DNA of 64,000 nt from Orbicella franksi (GCA_964199315.1 OZ116698.1:6758001-6822000); one strand, 5' to 3'. Counted from the first letter of the stretch, positions 52,162-63,384 are shown. A program made the numbers and translations. The notes: a model not told the origin generated them from the letters alone.

Positions 52162-52596
52162 GAAGGTGAATTAATCAACATGACACGAGCGTGGGACAAA
52201 GAAAAATTCTGAGTTCCCGACAGGAATCCTGTCGGGGACTCAGAATTTTTCTTTGTCCCACGCTCGTGTCATGTTGATTAATTCACCTTCACATTTCATT
52301 ACCGAGCTTAAAATTCACCATCTTTATTAACTTATCACTACTCACGATGACTTCGATAGCGTTGATCCTAGTAGTATGTAGGACACTTGTCATATATGAA
52401 CTCAGTTAAATGACCTTGCTCTCCATGAGTTCTCGTAGCTCAGGGGATAGAGCGCCCGCCCGGTGTTCGGGAGGTCATGGGTTCGATTCCTGTCGGGGAC
52501 TCAGAATTTTTCTTTGTCCCACGCTCGTGTCATGTTGATCAATTCACCTTCACATTTCATTACCGAGCTTAAAATTCACCATCTTTATTAACTTAT
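52162..52596. mobile_element. tRNA-like repeat insertion: 63-bp fold-back followed by about 1.4 tandem units (period 261 bp), flanked by a 10-13 bp TSD
   Basis: CAATTCATAACGA at 52151-52163 and 52597-52609. Inverted arms 52162-52224 and 52228-52290 (1 mismatch, 3-nt loop). Direct repeat 52229-52336 vs 52490-52597. Confidence 0.9.
52429..52501 (+). ncRNA. tRNA-like cloverleaf inside the repeat (Pol III A/B boxes, defective anticodon arm); not a canonical tRNA gene
   Basis: Acceptor GTTCTCG/CGGGGAC pairs at all 7 positions (3 G-U). D-arm GCTC-AGGGGATA-GAGC; T-arm ATGGG-TTCGATT-CCTGT; variable loop AGGTC. The anticodon stem has a C-T mismatch and C33 instead of U33. TTTTT follows 5 nt after the cloverleaf. 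Confidence 0.6.
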
Positions 52597-53053
52597 CAAT
52601 TCATAACGACTTGTAAAAGTTGGCGTGAACTACTTGTTACTTCACTCGGAAAAGTTTACAGGAAAAATAAAACAACGAAACACACTCACTTTAGACAAGT
52701 TTGGCAAAGAAGCTGCAGAGCTAATCTGACGTAACTTCTGTTTTCGTATTTGACTCTCCATCTCTTTGCGGGTTTTCTGCAACACGAGATTACAAGTCAC
52801 TTATGGTAAAACGAGCAACGCGTAGTCGAAATCTTGTCTCCGAAAGGGGATTGAGCCTGCGATTTTCGACTGGCGTTGCCAAGCAACATCACGTATCAGT
52901 ATGGCGCTGTGCTGACGAGAAATCGCACTGGATCCAATAGGCCTGCGAGAGCTCGTGTTATATGTATCTGTCATTGAAGGAACGTCTTTCTCTCATTGTA
53001 CATCTATCAACAGCCCAAGCAATTCTTACACGCATACAAGGTACAATGTATAC

Positions 53054-53125
53054 TAGCCTGTGAACGCAGTTGTATTTCCGGCGGAACCACGTGACAGCCC
53101 GAAATACGTCTGTGTTCGCAGGCTA
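53054..53125. mobile_element. 72-bp miniature MITE with TAG...CTA termini and a 9-bp TSD
   Basis: TAGCCTGTGAACGCAG vs CTGTGTTCGCAGGCTA. AATGTATAC duplicated at 53045-53053 and 53126-53134. Confidence 0.9.
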
Positions 53126-53270
53126 AATGTATACCAGATTGACTAACTTTCGTCAATCAGTATTTAGAGTTAACAGTAAAGCCCTTTATTACATGTTCAG
53201 TTAACAAGTAATAGAGGGATTTGGATTGCCTGAAACATCAACTTTGCTTACTTTTTTGACACTCGTATGA

Positions 53271-56200
53271 CTACAACGTTAGGCACACCAAATTTACGTT
53301 AAACACGGAGAGAATAGAGCTGTCTACGCATATCAAGGCTTTTCTCAGACCGAACAGTCGGTGCCTACGTCTGAATCTCTGACGACGACCAAAACAACAA
53401 CAACAACAAACAAAGACAACAACAAAAACAAACACCACGACAAAAACAAACAGTAGTACACTACAACTTGCTGCACATGGAAATCCAACATAAAAACGTA
53501 CTTTATCACCATGGGACATCAATAGAGTCACAATATCGTCATAGCGGTACCAGTGGGCCAGTTCAATTGCAGATTCACCGTTCTGAAAGACAACAGGAAA
53601 AAGAAGATCACAACTAATACATGTCTATTGGGAAGCTACATTTAAGAAAGCGAGACGATTCTGTTCAGTTGTATCTCGCAAGAATTGTGAAAAGGAAATA
53701 AACGCAACATATTCACATCCAGAGGAAGACAAATGAACTTAACTGCACCTCAGGCCTATGATGTCCCTATTCAGTAAGTGAAAGCTAGTCACTGATAGGA
53801 ACACGCCAACCGCTAAATAATTTTTCATTTCTTTCTTCTTCAACGCAGGCACGCGGCAGTGGCGTTATCCAGCGGCTAGGAGCTAGAAACCCACGTACTT
53901 TTTTGTGTTGCTTACATTGTATATATCGCTGTCCTCACCTTTGTAAGAAGCGACACATTCGCACCAAACAGCAACAACACCTCTACTATTCTTCTCTTTC
54001 CTCTCATAGCTGCATAATGAAGAGGAGTCCGGTGCTCCTGCAGGCAATAAAAAAAGTTATATAGACGCCAGGCAGCTGGTTTTCCTGTCTCGACGTTAAG
54101 TCAAATGCCTAACACAATGTTCAGATGGCTACTGACTGTTATTTTTTTACCACTACATATTTGCCTTACCACGCACACCATCTCGTGAACACGACCACCT
54201 CGTTATTACAGACACCGGCTGAATCATGTTTCCTTAACTCCGACCAACTCGGACAATGGAAAAAAAAGACAGTCTTTGATAGATTGCTAGTTTTCCACAT
54301 TTTTTTTTTGCTTTTTTTTTTTTTGACGGGGGGCAGATGCCCCTGGTTTGTGACAAGCTCTTCAAAAGCCATTGAAGTGTCACAGCGTATCTTTGCTAAG
54401 TGCAAGGCAAGGAGATTTCAACCCTAGTTACTTCTAGATCTCTGGTGTAACTGACTTCCCAGGGCTGACTGTGTGTGCATTTATTAACACAAAGTCCCAA
54501 GTTACCTCATCAGCTAAATTGACGTTAGCTCCGCCAGGAATAAGACGATGGACAATGGCATGCTGACCACTCACTGCTGCCTCGTGTAAAGCTGATTTGC
54601 CAAACTACAATTTTACATTGGATAAATCAGTACAGCATATATTGCCTTGTGATCTAATCAGCTTCTAAGCCCAGCTTTTCCAAATATACAGGTACGCAAC
54701 TATTTCCGATGAGGATAAAATTAGAAATGCAGTCTTTCAACTCTTCTGTAAGCTGAATAAGCATGGTGAATACGAGTACATACAACTATACCTGCCAAAT
54801 TGTCTTCTCTGTGCTTTTCGATCCTGGGAGTGTTCGAGATCCCAAAACGTATCAAAAGTATCAAAAGTTCTTTTCTCTACCGAAAATTCCAACACTGTAC
54901 CCAGCCTCACAATGTGTTAGAAACTAACCTTTTCCTAAATCGGACTATATTTACGTGTACTTGCTTATTGAAAATGGTTCTCGTTCGCAACTGCTTCATG
55001 CGAATACTGTACTCAAGGTTTGTGTGATCAGTTTTAGACGGTGGTTGGTTTGTATGGGATGGAAGTTTCAGTCCCTCGTGCCTCAAATCCACACAGACTC
55101 GCTCATAAAATGCGATAGTTGTAATCAAAGACTGTAGCACGGATTTCAGTAAAGATTGTAACTGTATAAAATGTCAATTACCCCATCCTGAAGATTAGTA
55201 TCTGCCTCAGCACTTATTAAAGCTTCAACAATGCCAAGATGCCCCTCCCAGCTGGCAACCATCATAGCAGATTGACCAAACTGCAAATAAAATAATTGTG
55301 TACTTAAAGGATCCTTTAGGGAGTATACACATGTATGTAAATGTATCATGAATGATACACCAATAATTTATACAGTACTTCATGCATGCAAAGTTAGAAG
55401 TTTTTTTTCCCTTTACATCCTTCAGACAACATGGACTCTAAATGTACTGCACTGTACCTCATTTTGATGATTCACGTCAACTCCTTCTTCAATAAGTCTG
55501 CTGACCTCATCCTCATCACCTGCTTTGGCGGCGATCATGAGATCTTTGCAGAGCTCCATCTGAAATGCAGCAGTTCATGAGCTCCAGCTTAACAAAACTT
55601 GACACTGCCATAATGGCATTTTTACTGCTTTTCATATTTTGCAATCATGAAATGCTATGATTAACACCATGATCAGATGATCTGCTAATTAACAGCGTAA
55701 TTAATCAATTACAAGCAAATATAATGAAAATAATTTTGTCCAGGTGAATAGGCAGAGTGAATTTCCCCTTCAAGGGATTTGAACAAACATTTGATTGAAT
55801 GTTGGTTACTTTACCGATACTTTAATCCTTACAAGATCTCCCCCCACCCCCATTCAGAAAACATTTCGTTTACAGTAATTGGGTATGTTTTCCATGACCT
55901 CCCTGATTTGGTTGGAGTTTTGTTGCTAACATAAAAAAAGTAATTTCTATGCAAAAACCTGTTTTTCCATTTCTTTATCCTCAGCTCCACGTATGCTCAT
56001 TTGTAATTCTTCTCGGCTAAGAAACATCTCTTTCTGCAATTGAACAATATAGAAAAACAGGATTGTTATACATGCAGTACATTTTCTTACATTTAGTGTA
56101 CTCGATGAACAGCTTTTTTTAGTATCTTGGGTATCCATACACAATTTGTATCCACATAACTACTAAGTGCAGTTCCACTATTGTTACTGTACAATGTCTA

Positions 56201-59200
56201 AAGGTACAGGTGTATGTGTACATGCACAATTGTACATGAATAAATGTATATTCTCAATACACAGTGGAAAGAGTCTAACATCAAAGATCCCCATGAGAAG
56301 CACCCAAACATGCATGCAAAAGCACAGTCCCAGGAATGCTAGGGAAAAACACTGAGGACATTATTTTTTCAAGCCTCCAGGCTCCAGTTGTTCCAAAAGG
56401 TGGATAATGCTATCTACCAGATAAATCGCTATCCAGAGGAAAAGTGTTAACAAAACAAACCACGCTATCCATTGGATGGTGATTTATTCAGTAGCTAACG
56501 TTATCCACATTTCAACCAACCTGGGCCAGGCCCTCTTGTTGGGTAGGTATGCTCATTTTGTTTGAAACAGGCCAGTCTTACATTTCTTCCACAATTCTGT
56601 ACAAAAGTACATGTACATCAAGAGAGCAAACTGAGTCTGCTTTAACTGAGCATAACAATTTACACAGATACAGCTTATCTAAGGTCATTTAATATGTTTT
56701 TTTTGTTCAAAACAAACTCAGTTTTAGCACAAAAAGAAAATTTAATTTTGCCATCTGAAATTTTCTGCAATACTGGCTGCAAATACACATATGCATGCAG
56801 ATGCAGGTCAAATTACATACATAGGTAAGTTAACAGTTGCTACATGTAACTTTGAAAAATAGATGCATGCAGATGCACTTACTTCTTTGTAGATTGAGCT
56901 TACGCTTGCAGCCGACAAGAGATGACTTTTGTAACAACGATCAAAAGTACCAGTATCTACAAGACAAACCAGTTAAGACTTAAACAATGGTATTATTACA
57001 ATTTTCAAAGATTATAAAATGTAACGTTTACTTAACACAATTTAATTAATTTATCACATGACACTGTACATGTAGCATGTTAAGGCAAAAGGCCAAAACG
57101 TCCTGATAGAACTTGACTCTTCTTCATGCAATGCTTGCTGCAACAAAAACACTGCTACACATATCCATTTCAGAATGTGTTATACTAGGCAACTTTTTGT
57201 CTTGAAACTTGTCTTGCAAGAAAAGACAATTTTTCATCTCACAATTTGTCTTACTAAACAAATTGTGAGACAAGTCATAAGAAAAATTAACTATTTAAAG
57301 CAAATTAAAAGCACCTTTTATTTCCTAAATAAAAAACCGTCAAGAAAAAACCAGACTGTCAATCAGCTTTAAAGATGTTGGCTTAACTTAATCCATGTAT
57401 TGTAATTTCAAGATGTCATCCTCTGGTCATTTCCCTGCTATGAGTAACCACAATTTCCACACTTTGTCAAAAAGAGTAACTACCGGCCATATACAAGTTA
57501 ATGTACTACATGTAGTCACAACCCCTAAAATTTTCAAATCCTGTTTCCAGGGTTTTTCCTTCAGTTGTACAGTGAAAATAAATCAAAGTCAACAAAAAAC
57601 AAAAAGAAGAACGGTTAAAATCACCTGTACTGACAGAGTCATCACTGAATTTTCCCTCTGACCTCCTTCCAGTTTTCTTGTAGTCTGGTGGTGCTCTGTA
57701 TGGTGGTGGAACTTCGGCAAATCTTCTACCTGTGTCATCATGATCAGTAAACACACTGTCTGCATAATCTGATAAAATTTCACTCTCTGACTTTGTGAAG
57801 GTCGAGTGTTGCTGTTGGTACCCATTCAGAGATCTATCTGGTCTGTCTGGGTTGTGTTGGCTGTATTCATCGAAACGATAATCCACTGATTTACTCTCAA
57901 AGCTATCACTTGGCATGGCCAATGTTTTGGGAGACTGCCTTAACTTGTTTGATTCCATACTTGGACTTTCCCAGCCATGCTGGGCTACACTGTGATAGTC
58001 TGTGGACACAATGAATGGCTGTTGTTTGGGTGTGTCAACAAGTCCAGTTTTCACCATGACTAGCTTGCATCCTGTTTGAGTTGGGTCACGGAAACTCAGC
58101 GGGGGAGTATATAATGGAGTGCAAACACCACCATACATGTTCCTAGCAGAGTCATGTCTTGGAGTGGCTGTCTCTTCCTCCAGTGCCATCCTGTGTTGAT
58201 AAAAATCCTCTTGTAGATACAGCTGCTGTGTGTTTCCAGGTTCTGGTTCAGGAATCATTGTTTTGTAGTAATCTTCTGCAGCAGTATCCTCATACCATGA
58301 AGAATAGCCATTCTCTGCTTGCCTAGATGGTGAGTGGCTTCCCTTTGCTGATCGCTCCTTGGTGTCAAAACCTGGCTGGCTCATATTTAAGGATGTCATT
58401 CCCACAGGTTTATAAATTTCATCATTTACAAATCTCACTGGTTGCTCCTTGGAGTTTGCACTTTTGTTCCCCATGTTGACTTGAAATGTGGCAGTTGAGG
58501 TATACAGTTTTTTGCCATCAGGTTTAGAAGTTGACCTTTCCAATGGAATTAAATTCTGCTTTGTTGAAGAGCTACCCTCTCCAACCTCAGCTTCTGCCAT
58601 TCCAATAGATGATGTTTGAATTAAGCTTTGAGACTGCCATCCTTTGTCATTGTTGTAATTGTTGTCCTCTACAGAAAAGTCCATAACAGACACTTGTCTT
58701 TTGCCATTTTCACTTTGTGCTGCATATAATTCTGGGTTGTATAAAAATTGTTGATTTTGTAACTTATCTGTATCATTGTAATGAGCATGCTTCTTGGCTT
58801 CAGTGGGCTCTTTGAAAGAACGCAAACTTTGCCCATCTTCAGCTTGCTCGACAAAGTCACCCGGCATAGACTCATTAACAGATGAGAAGCTTGTGATTGA
58901 CAGGTCATCGCCATAACCATTTTTTCCAGATTTCCTACCAAAGTAAACACCACTTATGCTTAACTGCTCCAGAGCAAGACAGACGTCATTCCTTCCCAAA
59001 GATGTGCGGACGTGTCTGCGTGTGCACAAAGGAACCAACACATAGACCAGTAAATCTGTTCTACCAAATGAAACTCCCATGAATATACCTGTTTCATAGT
59101 CAGGATCACAAGAGACAATCTCTGGAACTCGGAAAAGTCTTTTTAGAGTCTGTAAAATTGCCTTCTTGTTCTCTGTGAACCAAGTAAAATGATTCTTGAT

Positions 59201-61004
59201 CCGAATCCACAGAGGAAAATATCCACAAGCTGAAAACAATAAAAGAATTTAATCAAAATAAAATTATGTTTCTGCTAAGAAATTAAGTTTTTTAAGAAGA
59301 AAGAAGAGTTCACTACCTGATCCATTGTACATAACAAACATGTATAGTGTGCCCAGTACATGCCCAGAAAAACCTTGCAGATTTGATCTTTGAACATCTT
59401 CAAAGGATTTCAACAGTTAAGGGCTTTCAAGGATCCTCAATGGACTTTTGAAGAACTTCAAGGGTCTTTCAAAGACTTTTGAAAGAACTTCAAGGATCTT
59501 GCAAAGATGTCAGCTAAAATCTAAAACAGATCCCTGTAAAGACCTTTGTTAAATCATGAAATTTTTTGTTTTGTTTTTTATCTGCTTTTGAAAGCCAAAA
59601 TCGCATTACTTTGTTGACCAAAAATGTCCCAACTTTGGGAAAATTTTACCCACAAACCGATACAACAAGATAATAGCCACCATATTTATCTGTGCAAAAC
59701 AGCTGACTGTTAGAACTGGGATGGGGTACGGGGGAAATGAAGGATGAAGGGAGACAAGATATTTAAGTACCAGAACAAGTGTAAGTGCATGTACAGCTTG
59801 GTGCAACCACAAGATTGAGTTTAAGAATATACATGCATGTATGTAGTTCTTATGTTTTAAGCAAACCTCAGCAGTGTCCAAAGAAAAATGTGTCTGATAG
59901 CCCAGGACAAGTGGATTTTGTGGTCCACCTAGTGAATTTATTGGGGGCATTAGCTGGAAAATGATTTTCTCTGCATTATAAGCACTAAGTTATAAGGAGA
60001 CTAACATACACCATTCAAGAACTTCCCTAGTGTTTGCATACACATAGATCTGGATATTCTGACCCAAAACTGTTGGCTCTTTCTAAATATTATTTTCCTA
60101 TTATTATTATCTTTTTCTTCACAAGATTAAAAGAATTGAAACATGATCACCTAGATGTGCAGGTACCATGCTGCCTTCCAATATTTAAGTGATTTAAGTG
60201 TACTTAGCTCGTTATACATAACAAAAAATTTAATAAATTAAACTACATTGAAATGATTTGATACAATATTGATCGGTATCGGAAGCATGATTTCATGCAA
60301 GTTTCAAGTGAGAGAATTTCATGGAATTTCCTTTTTTGTCTCCAGAATTCCCCCACTTCAAGGCAGGAAATGTTTTCATGACAGCTTAAATAACAAGGTC
60401 TCGTGCGGGCTTCAAAACGATTGTCACTACGTATAAAATGCAAATAATGTAAACAGTGGGGTACCTGTATAGCAACCTTTTCATGCAAAACGGTAGGAAT
60501 TCTGCAAAGAGCCCCACGATTTACATGTAAGAACAGGTGATTTAAGGACATTTACCTGTAGCTTCACAGCTATAGAAACATATTTGCATAATACTGGACA
60601 AATAAAACGCTACGGCTCGAACGTAAACAAACCGGAATTTATGATGACGTACCTTGAAAAACTCGTGGATCCACAGGATTGTTACTAGCTTCCCATTCAT
60701 TCAAAACTTCAAGGAGGTCATAACAATTTATCTTCTTTAAGAGTCGCTGTAGAACTCTTAAATTGTCTTCCCCGTAATATAAATTCAGGACAGCTATTAA
60801 GGCCTCACCGTCTGTCACGGTCTTCAACGTGTCACTTCGAATAACATTCCGGAGAAATCCAACGATGTTATCTACTTCATCCAACCTCAGTTTACGAGCC
60901 ACAAAATCTTTGATTTCTTGTAGAGGCTCAAAAACCAACTCTGAAAGTCTCTCTCTGTCATATCGAAGACCCTGAATATTGAATTCAAAATCGTCCGCAG
61001 CCAT
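53271..61004 (-). CDS. DED-like domain + unassigned domain + disordered linker + ankyrin-repeat protein (about 897 aa, 10 coding exons)
   Basis: Exons 61004-60653, 59229-57625, 56956-56883, 56033-55959, 55559-55458, 55280-55182, 54604-54506, 54037-53939, 53582-53502 and 53378-53271 join in frame. DED-like DNLRVLQRLLKKINCYDLLEVLNEWE. Three 99-nt phase-0 exons each encode one ankyrin repeat (GQSAMMVASWEGH, GKSALHEAAVSGQ, RTPLHYAAMRGK), with further repeats in the flanking exons. The donor at 55958 (GTTTTT) is weak and the last exon is less certain. Confidence 0.8.
56381..56526. mobile_element. Intronic MITE, PIF/Harbinger-like
   Basis: GCTCCAGTTGTTCCAAAAGGTGGATAA...TTATCCACATTTCAACCAACCTGGGC with internal (G)CTATCCA repeats. 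3-bp CAG duplicated at 56378-56380 and 56527-56529. Confidence 0.7.
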
Positions 61005-62242
61005 TTTCCGCTGAAAATGTGAAAGAAGTCCAAAAATATTCCAATGCAATGGTCTCTTCAACGAATGGATTCGGTGGTTAGAAGCCCTAAAAAGCCACAG
61101 CTTACGCAAATTTAACGGGTTGCAGTCTCTGTCATCAGCCTTTAAAAAACGGTGGCTTAAGCTTTAAGCTTAAGCTTAAGCTTCAAAAGTAATACTTTCT
61201 GGAGGAGTTGAATTTCCTTGTGACATTCACAAGACGGCTTTGCTTTCTTTGTCGCTGGAATTTTACGCCAACCTTTCTCGTTGTCACAATCACCGATAGG
61301 TAAACCAGATGTTATCGGCAATGTCCTGTCTGATTGGCTTTTAAGAACTATCCTTTGATAAATGTCAACGCTGTATTCCTTTCATGTGGCGGTCATGCAA
61401 CACCGCAAAAAATACCGATTGCCCTTTGTGTCGCGTTGCGCTTCGTCGCTTACGAGACCGAAATCGTTTTAAATAAACTCGTTATATAAATTTTCCATGC
61501 GTGAAAACACAAAGAAACCACCCATGGGAGTTTAGTAACTAAAACAACAATGCACCGATGCGAAAGCCAGTGGGAATCCAAGCTGATGGCACAGTTTGAA
61601 CGCGTTTTTCTCTTTAGATGACACCGTTTGACACTGTTGAAAGACACGACAATCCAACAGGAAGGAGCTAAATCCCTCGAAAGGTGAACTATGTTGACAA
61701 ACTTATTTCCAGCCTGCAACGACTCACAAAGTCATTAGCTCGAGGTGATTCAATCACGTCTGCACTCTAAGCAACCAACATAAACAACGCTTGTCTTGCT
61801 TTCTCGTCAGATAGAAATTTGCCACATCGCGCTGAAAGCTTTTCCAGGTCGAAGGAAACTGAACGCTAGAACCTAGTCTTCTTCCCTACGTTCTCAGCAC
61901 TTGTCCCAGACTTGCGCGCCTGGTAGATTCCACTGCTTCAAACTGTTTTGACTCCAAGGTGGCTTTTGTAAAATGTCAGATATTTGTCCTTGTAACCTTA
62001 AAACTTCATCTTCTAAGGAAGATTTTATAGTTTTCCTGTGATGTATTTCTTTAGCTGGAATTCAGGAATGTCGCTGATTTCAAGACGAACTGAGAAGTCA
62101 CTACTGTACATGTTGCACTGTTACACTGACTGTTAGTGCTAAGCTTTGAGTACAGGAACAAGTGGTTTTAATCCTATATACGTTGTACAAATTAGTTCTA
62201 GTACGTCAAATTATGTTCTCCTGCTGATAACCGCGTGTAAAA
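61005..62242. promoter_or_regulatory. Putative bidirectional CpG-rich promoter/5-prime UTR region between the DED-ANK and WD40 genes
   Basis: ATGs diverge 1.24 kb apart. CpG-dense relative to both gene bodies. Inverted CCAAT (CTGATTGGCT) near 61331-61340. Confidence 0.55.
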
Positions 62243-62860
62243 ATGACTGCACATTTTCGAAGATCAGTAGAGACAGAGCAGGGAAATGGTAATGAAGCAA
62301 TGACCCTCGTCGATTTAGAGAACGTGGAAGATGGTGGAGAAAATTGTGAAAGTGGTTTTGTTTCACCAACGGAGCTAACGAAGATCAATTTCCGATCACT
62401 GATTGGTCATACAGACGAGGTATGAAGTTAAAAATATAACAACATTACTGTTTAGTTTACTACCGTAGGATAGTGTTTTGTTGTTGTTGTTGTTGTTGTT
62501 GTTGTTTTTTAGGTAATTATGTATAAGATAACTGCAACCCACTAAAGCCTTTAAAATAAAAGTGCATTATGTAATACATCATGATGTATCCACTTAACAT
62601 GCATGTAGCATGCATGTTACATGTACATGTATGTTGATAAACAGTTAGAGAAAATGGAAGGGTCCAAGTAATGCTTGGGTGTCAAAAATGGAAGTTACAC
62701 CTGGAAAATGTAGGTCTTTAATTACTCTCTTCTTAACAGGTGAATACATGTGCATTTTCTTCTGACTGGTCAAAAATTGTCACAGGAGGGGATGATATGC
62801 TGGTCAAGTTATGGGACACAAAGGCTGGCGAAGTGTTATTTACTTTAGACAGTCATGAAG
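62243..62860 (+). CDS. WD40-repeat protein, first two coding exons (gene continues beyond the window)
   Basis: Exon 62243-62419 (...FRSLIGHTDE|GTATGA) and exon 62740-62860 (CTTAACAG|VNTCAFSSDWSKIVTGGDDMLVKLWDTKAGEVLFTLDSHE-G|GTAAGG). Together they form a canonical GH...WD repeat and the start of the next. Confidence 0.88.
62476..62508. repeat. (GTT)n microsatellite in WD40 intron
   Basis: About 10 GTT/TTG units. Confidence 0.85.
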
Positions 62861-63231
62861 GTAAGGAAGATTTTTTTTTAATTATTTGCAGCCAAATATT
62901 TGGCATGGCCCAATTTCCCAACCCTTGTTGTTGTTGTTTTTTTTTTTTCACATTCTAACTCGGCCTTAGGCCTACATAGGCTGGAACTAAATGAAAATAC
63001 AGTAAATGTTATGCATATGTTTTTTTATTTTATTTTATCTGGGAGAAATTCATCTATGCCAACTCTCTTGGAGAGTCCCCTGGATACATACCAAATCTCT
63101 TGCATGGGTCACCAAATTTCTTAGATATGAAGGGCAGTTCTTTATACATGTACATGTAGTAAATGTTTCACCCTTTTTTGGTCTATTTTCGGCATTTTTG
63201 TACAAATTATTTACCTCTTGTGGATGCACAT

Positions 63232-63292
63232 TGGCCTTATGGTTAGTTCACTTACCTCCTGATCAAGAGGTCTGGGTTCAAACCCTAGCCTG
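63232..63292 (+). mobile_element. Truncated tRNA-derived SINE head
   Basis: A-box-like TGGCCTTATGG (63232-63242) and B-box-like GGTTCAAACCC (63275-63285) at tRNA-like spacing; no complete cloverleaf. Confidence 0.5.
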
Positions 63293-63384
63293 ATTGGTCT
63301 CGGACAGTCCCGGTGGCTCGCGGCCAGATTTTGATTATTTTAGGTTGGAATGTGAGCAACTTGCATCAAACCTTGAATTCAGTC

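Noticed and set aside
52429-52501. Functional tRNA gene (apparent GGT anticodon)
   Set aside because: The anticodon stem is mismatched, position 33 is C, and the sequence is embedded in a TSD-flanked repeat with another decayed copy at 2.7 kb.
52228-52596. Hammerhead ribozyme (retrozyme/Penelope hallmark) in the repeat unit
   Set aside because: I found no CTGANGA...GAAA core on either strand by eye; an Infernal search would be needed to exclude variant ribozymes.
52151-52609. CRISPR-like array
   Set aside because: Only long direct and inverted repeats with no unique spacers, no cas genes, and a eukaryotic context.
57506-59239. 577-aa ORF as a stand-alone gene
   Set aside because: It starts at TTG within an acceptor site and is bounded by phase-compatible splice sites (59229, 57625); it is exon 2 of the DED-ANK gene.
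60639-61109. 156-aa ORF using the upstream start at 61109
   Set aside because: The first 35 residues are not domain-like; ATG 61004 (AAAATGG context) directly precedes the DED, and the ORF end is a splice donor.
63040-63135. Third WD40 exon
   Set aside because: The translation lacks a WD40 pattern and splice signals are poor; more likely an intronic repeat.
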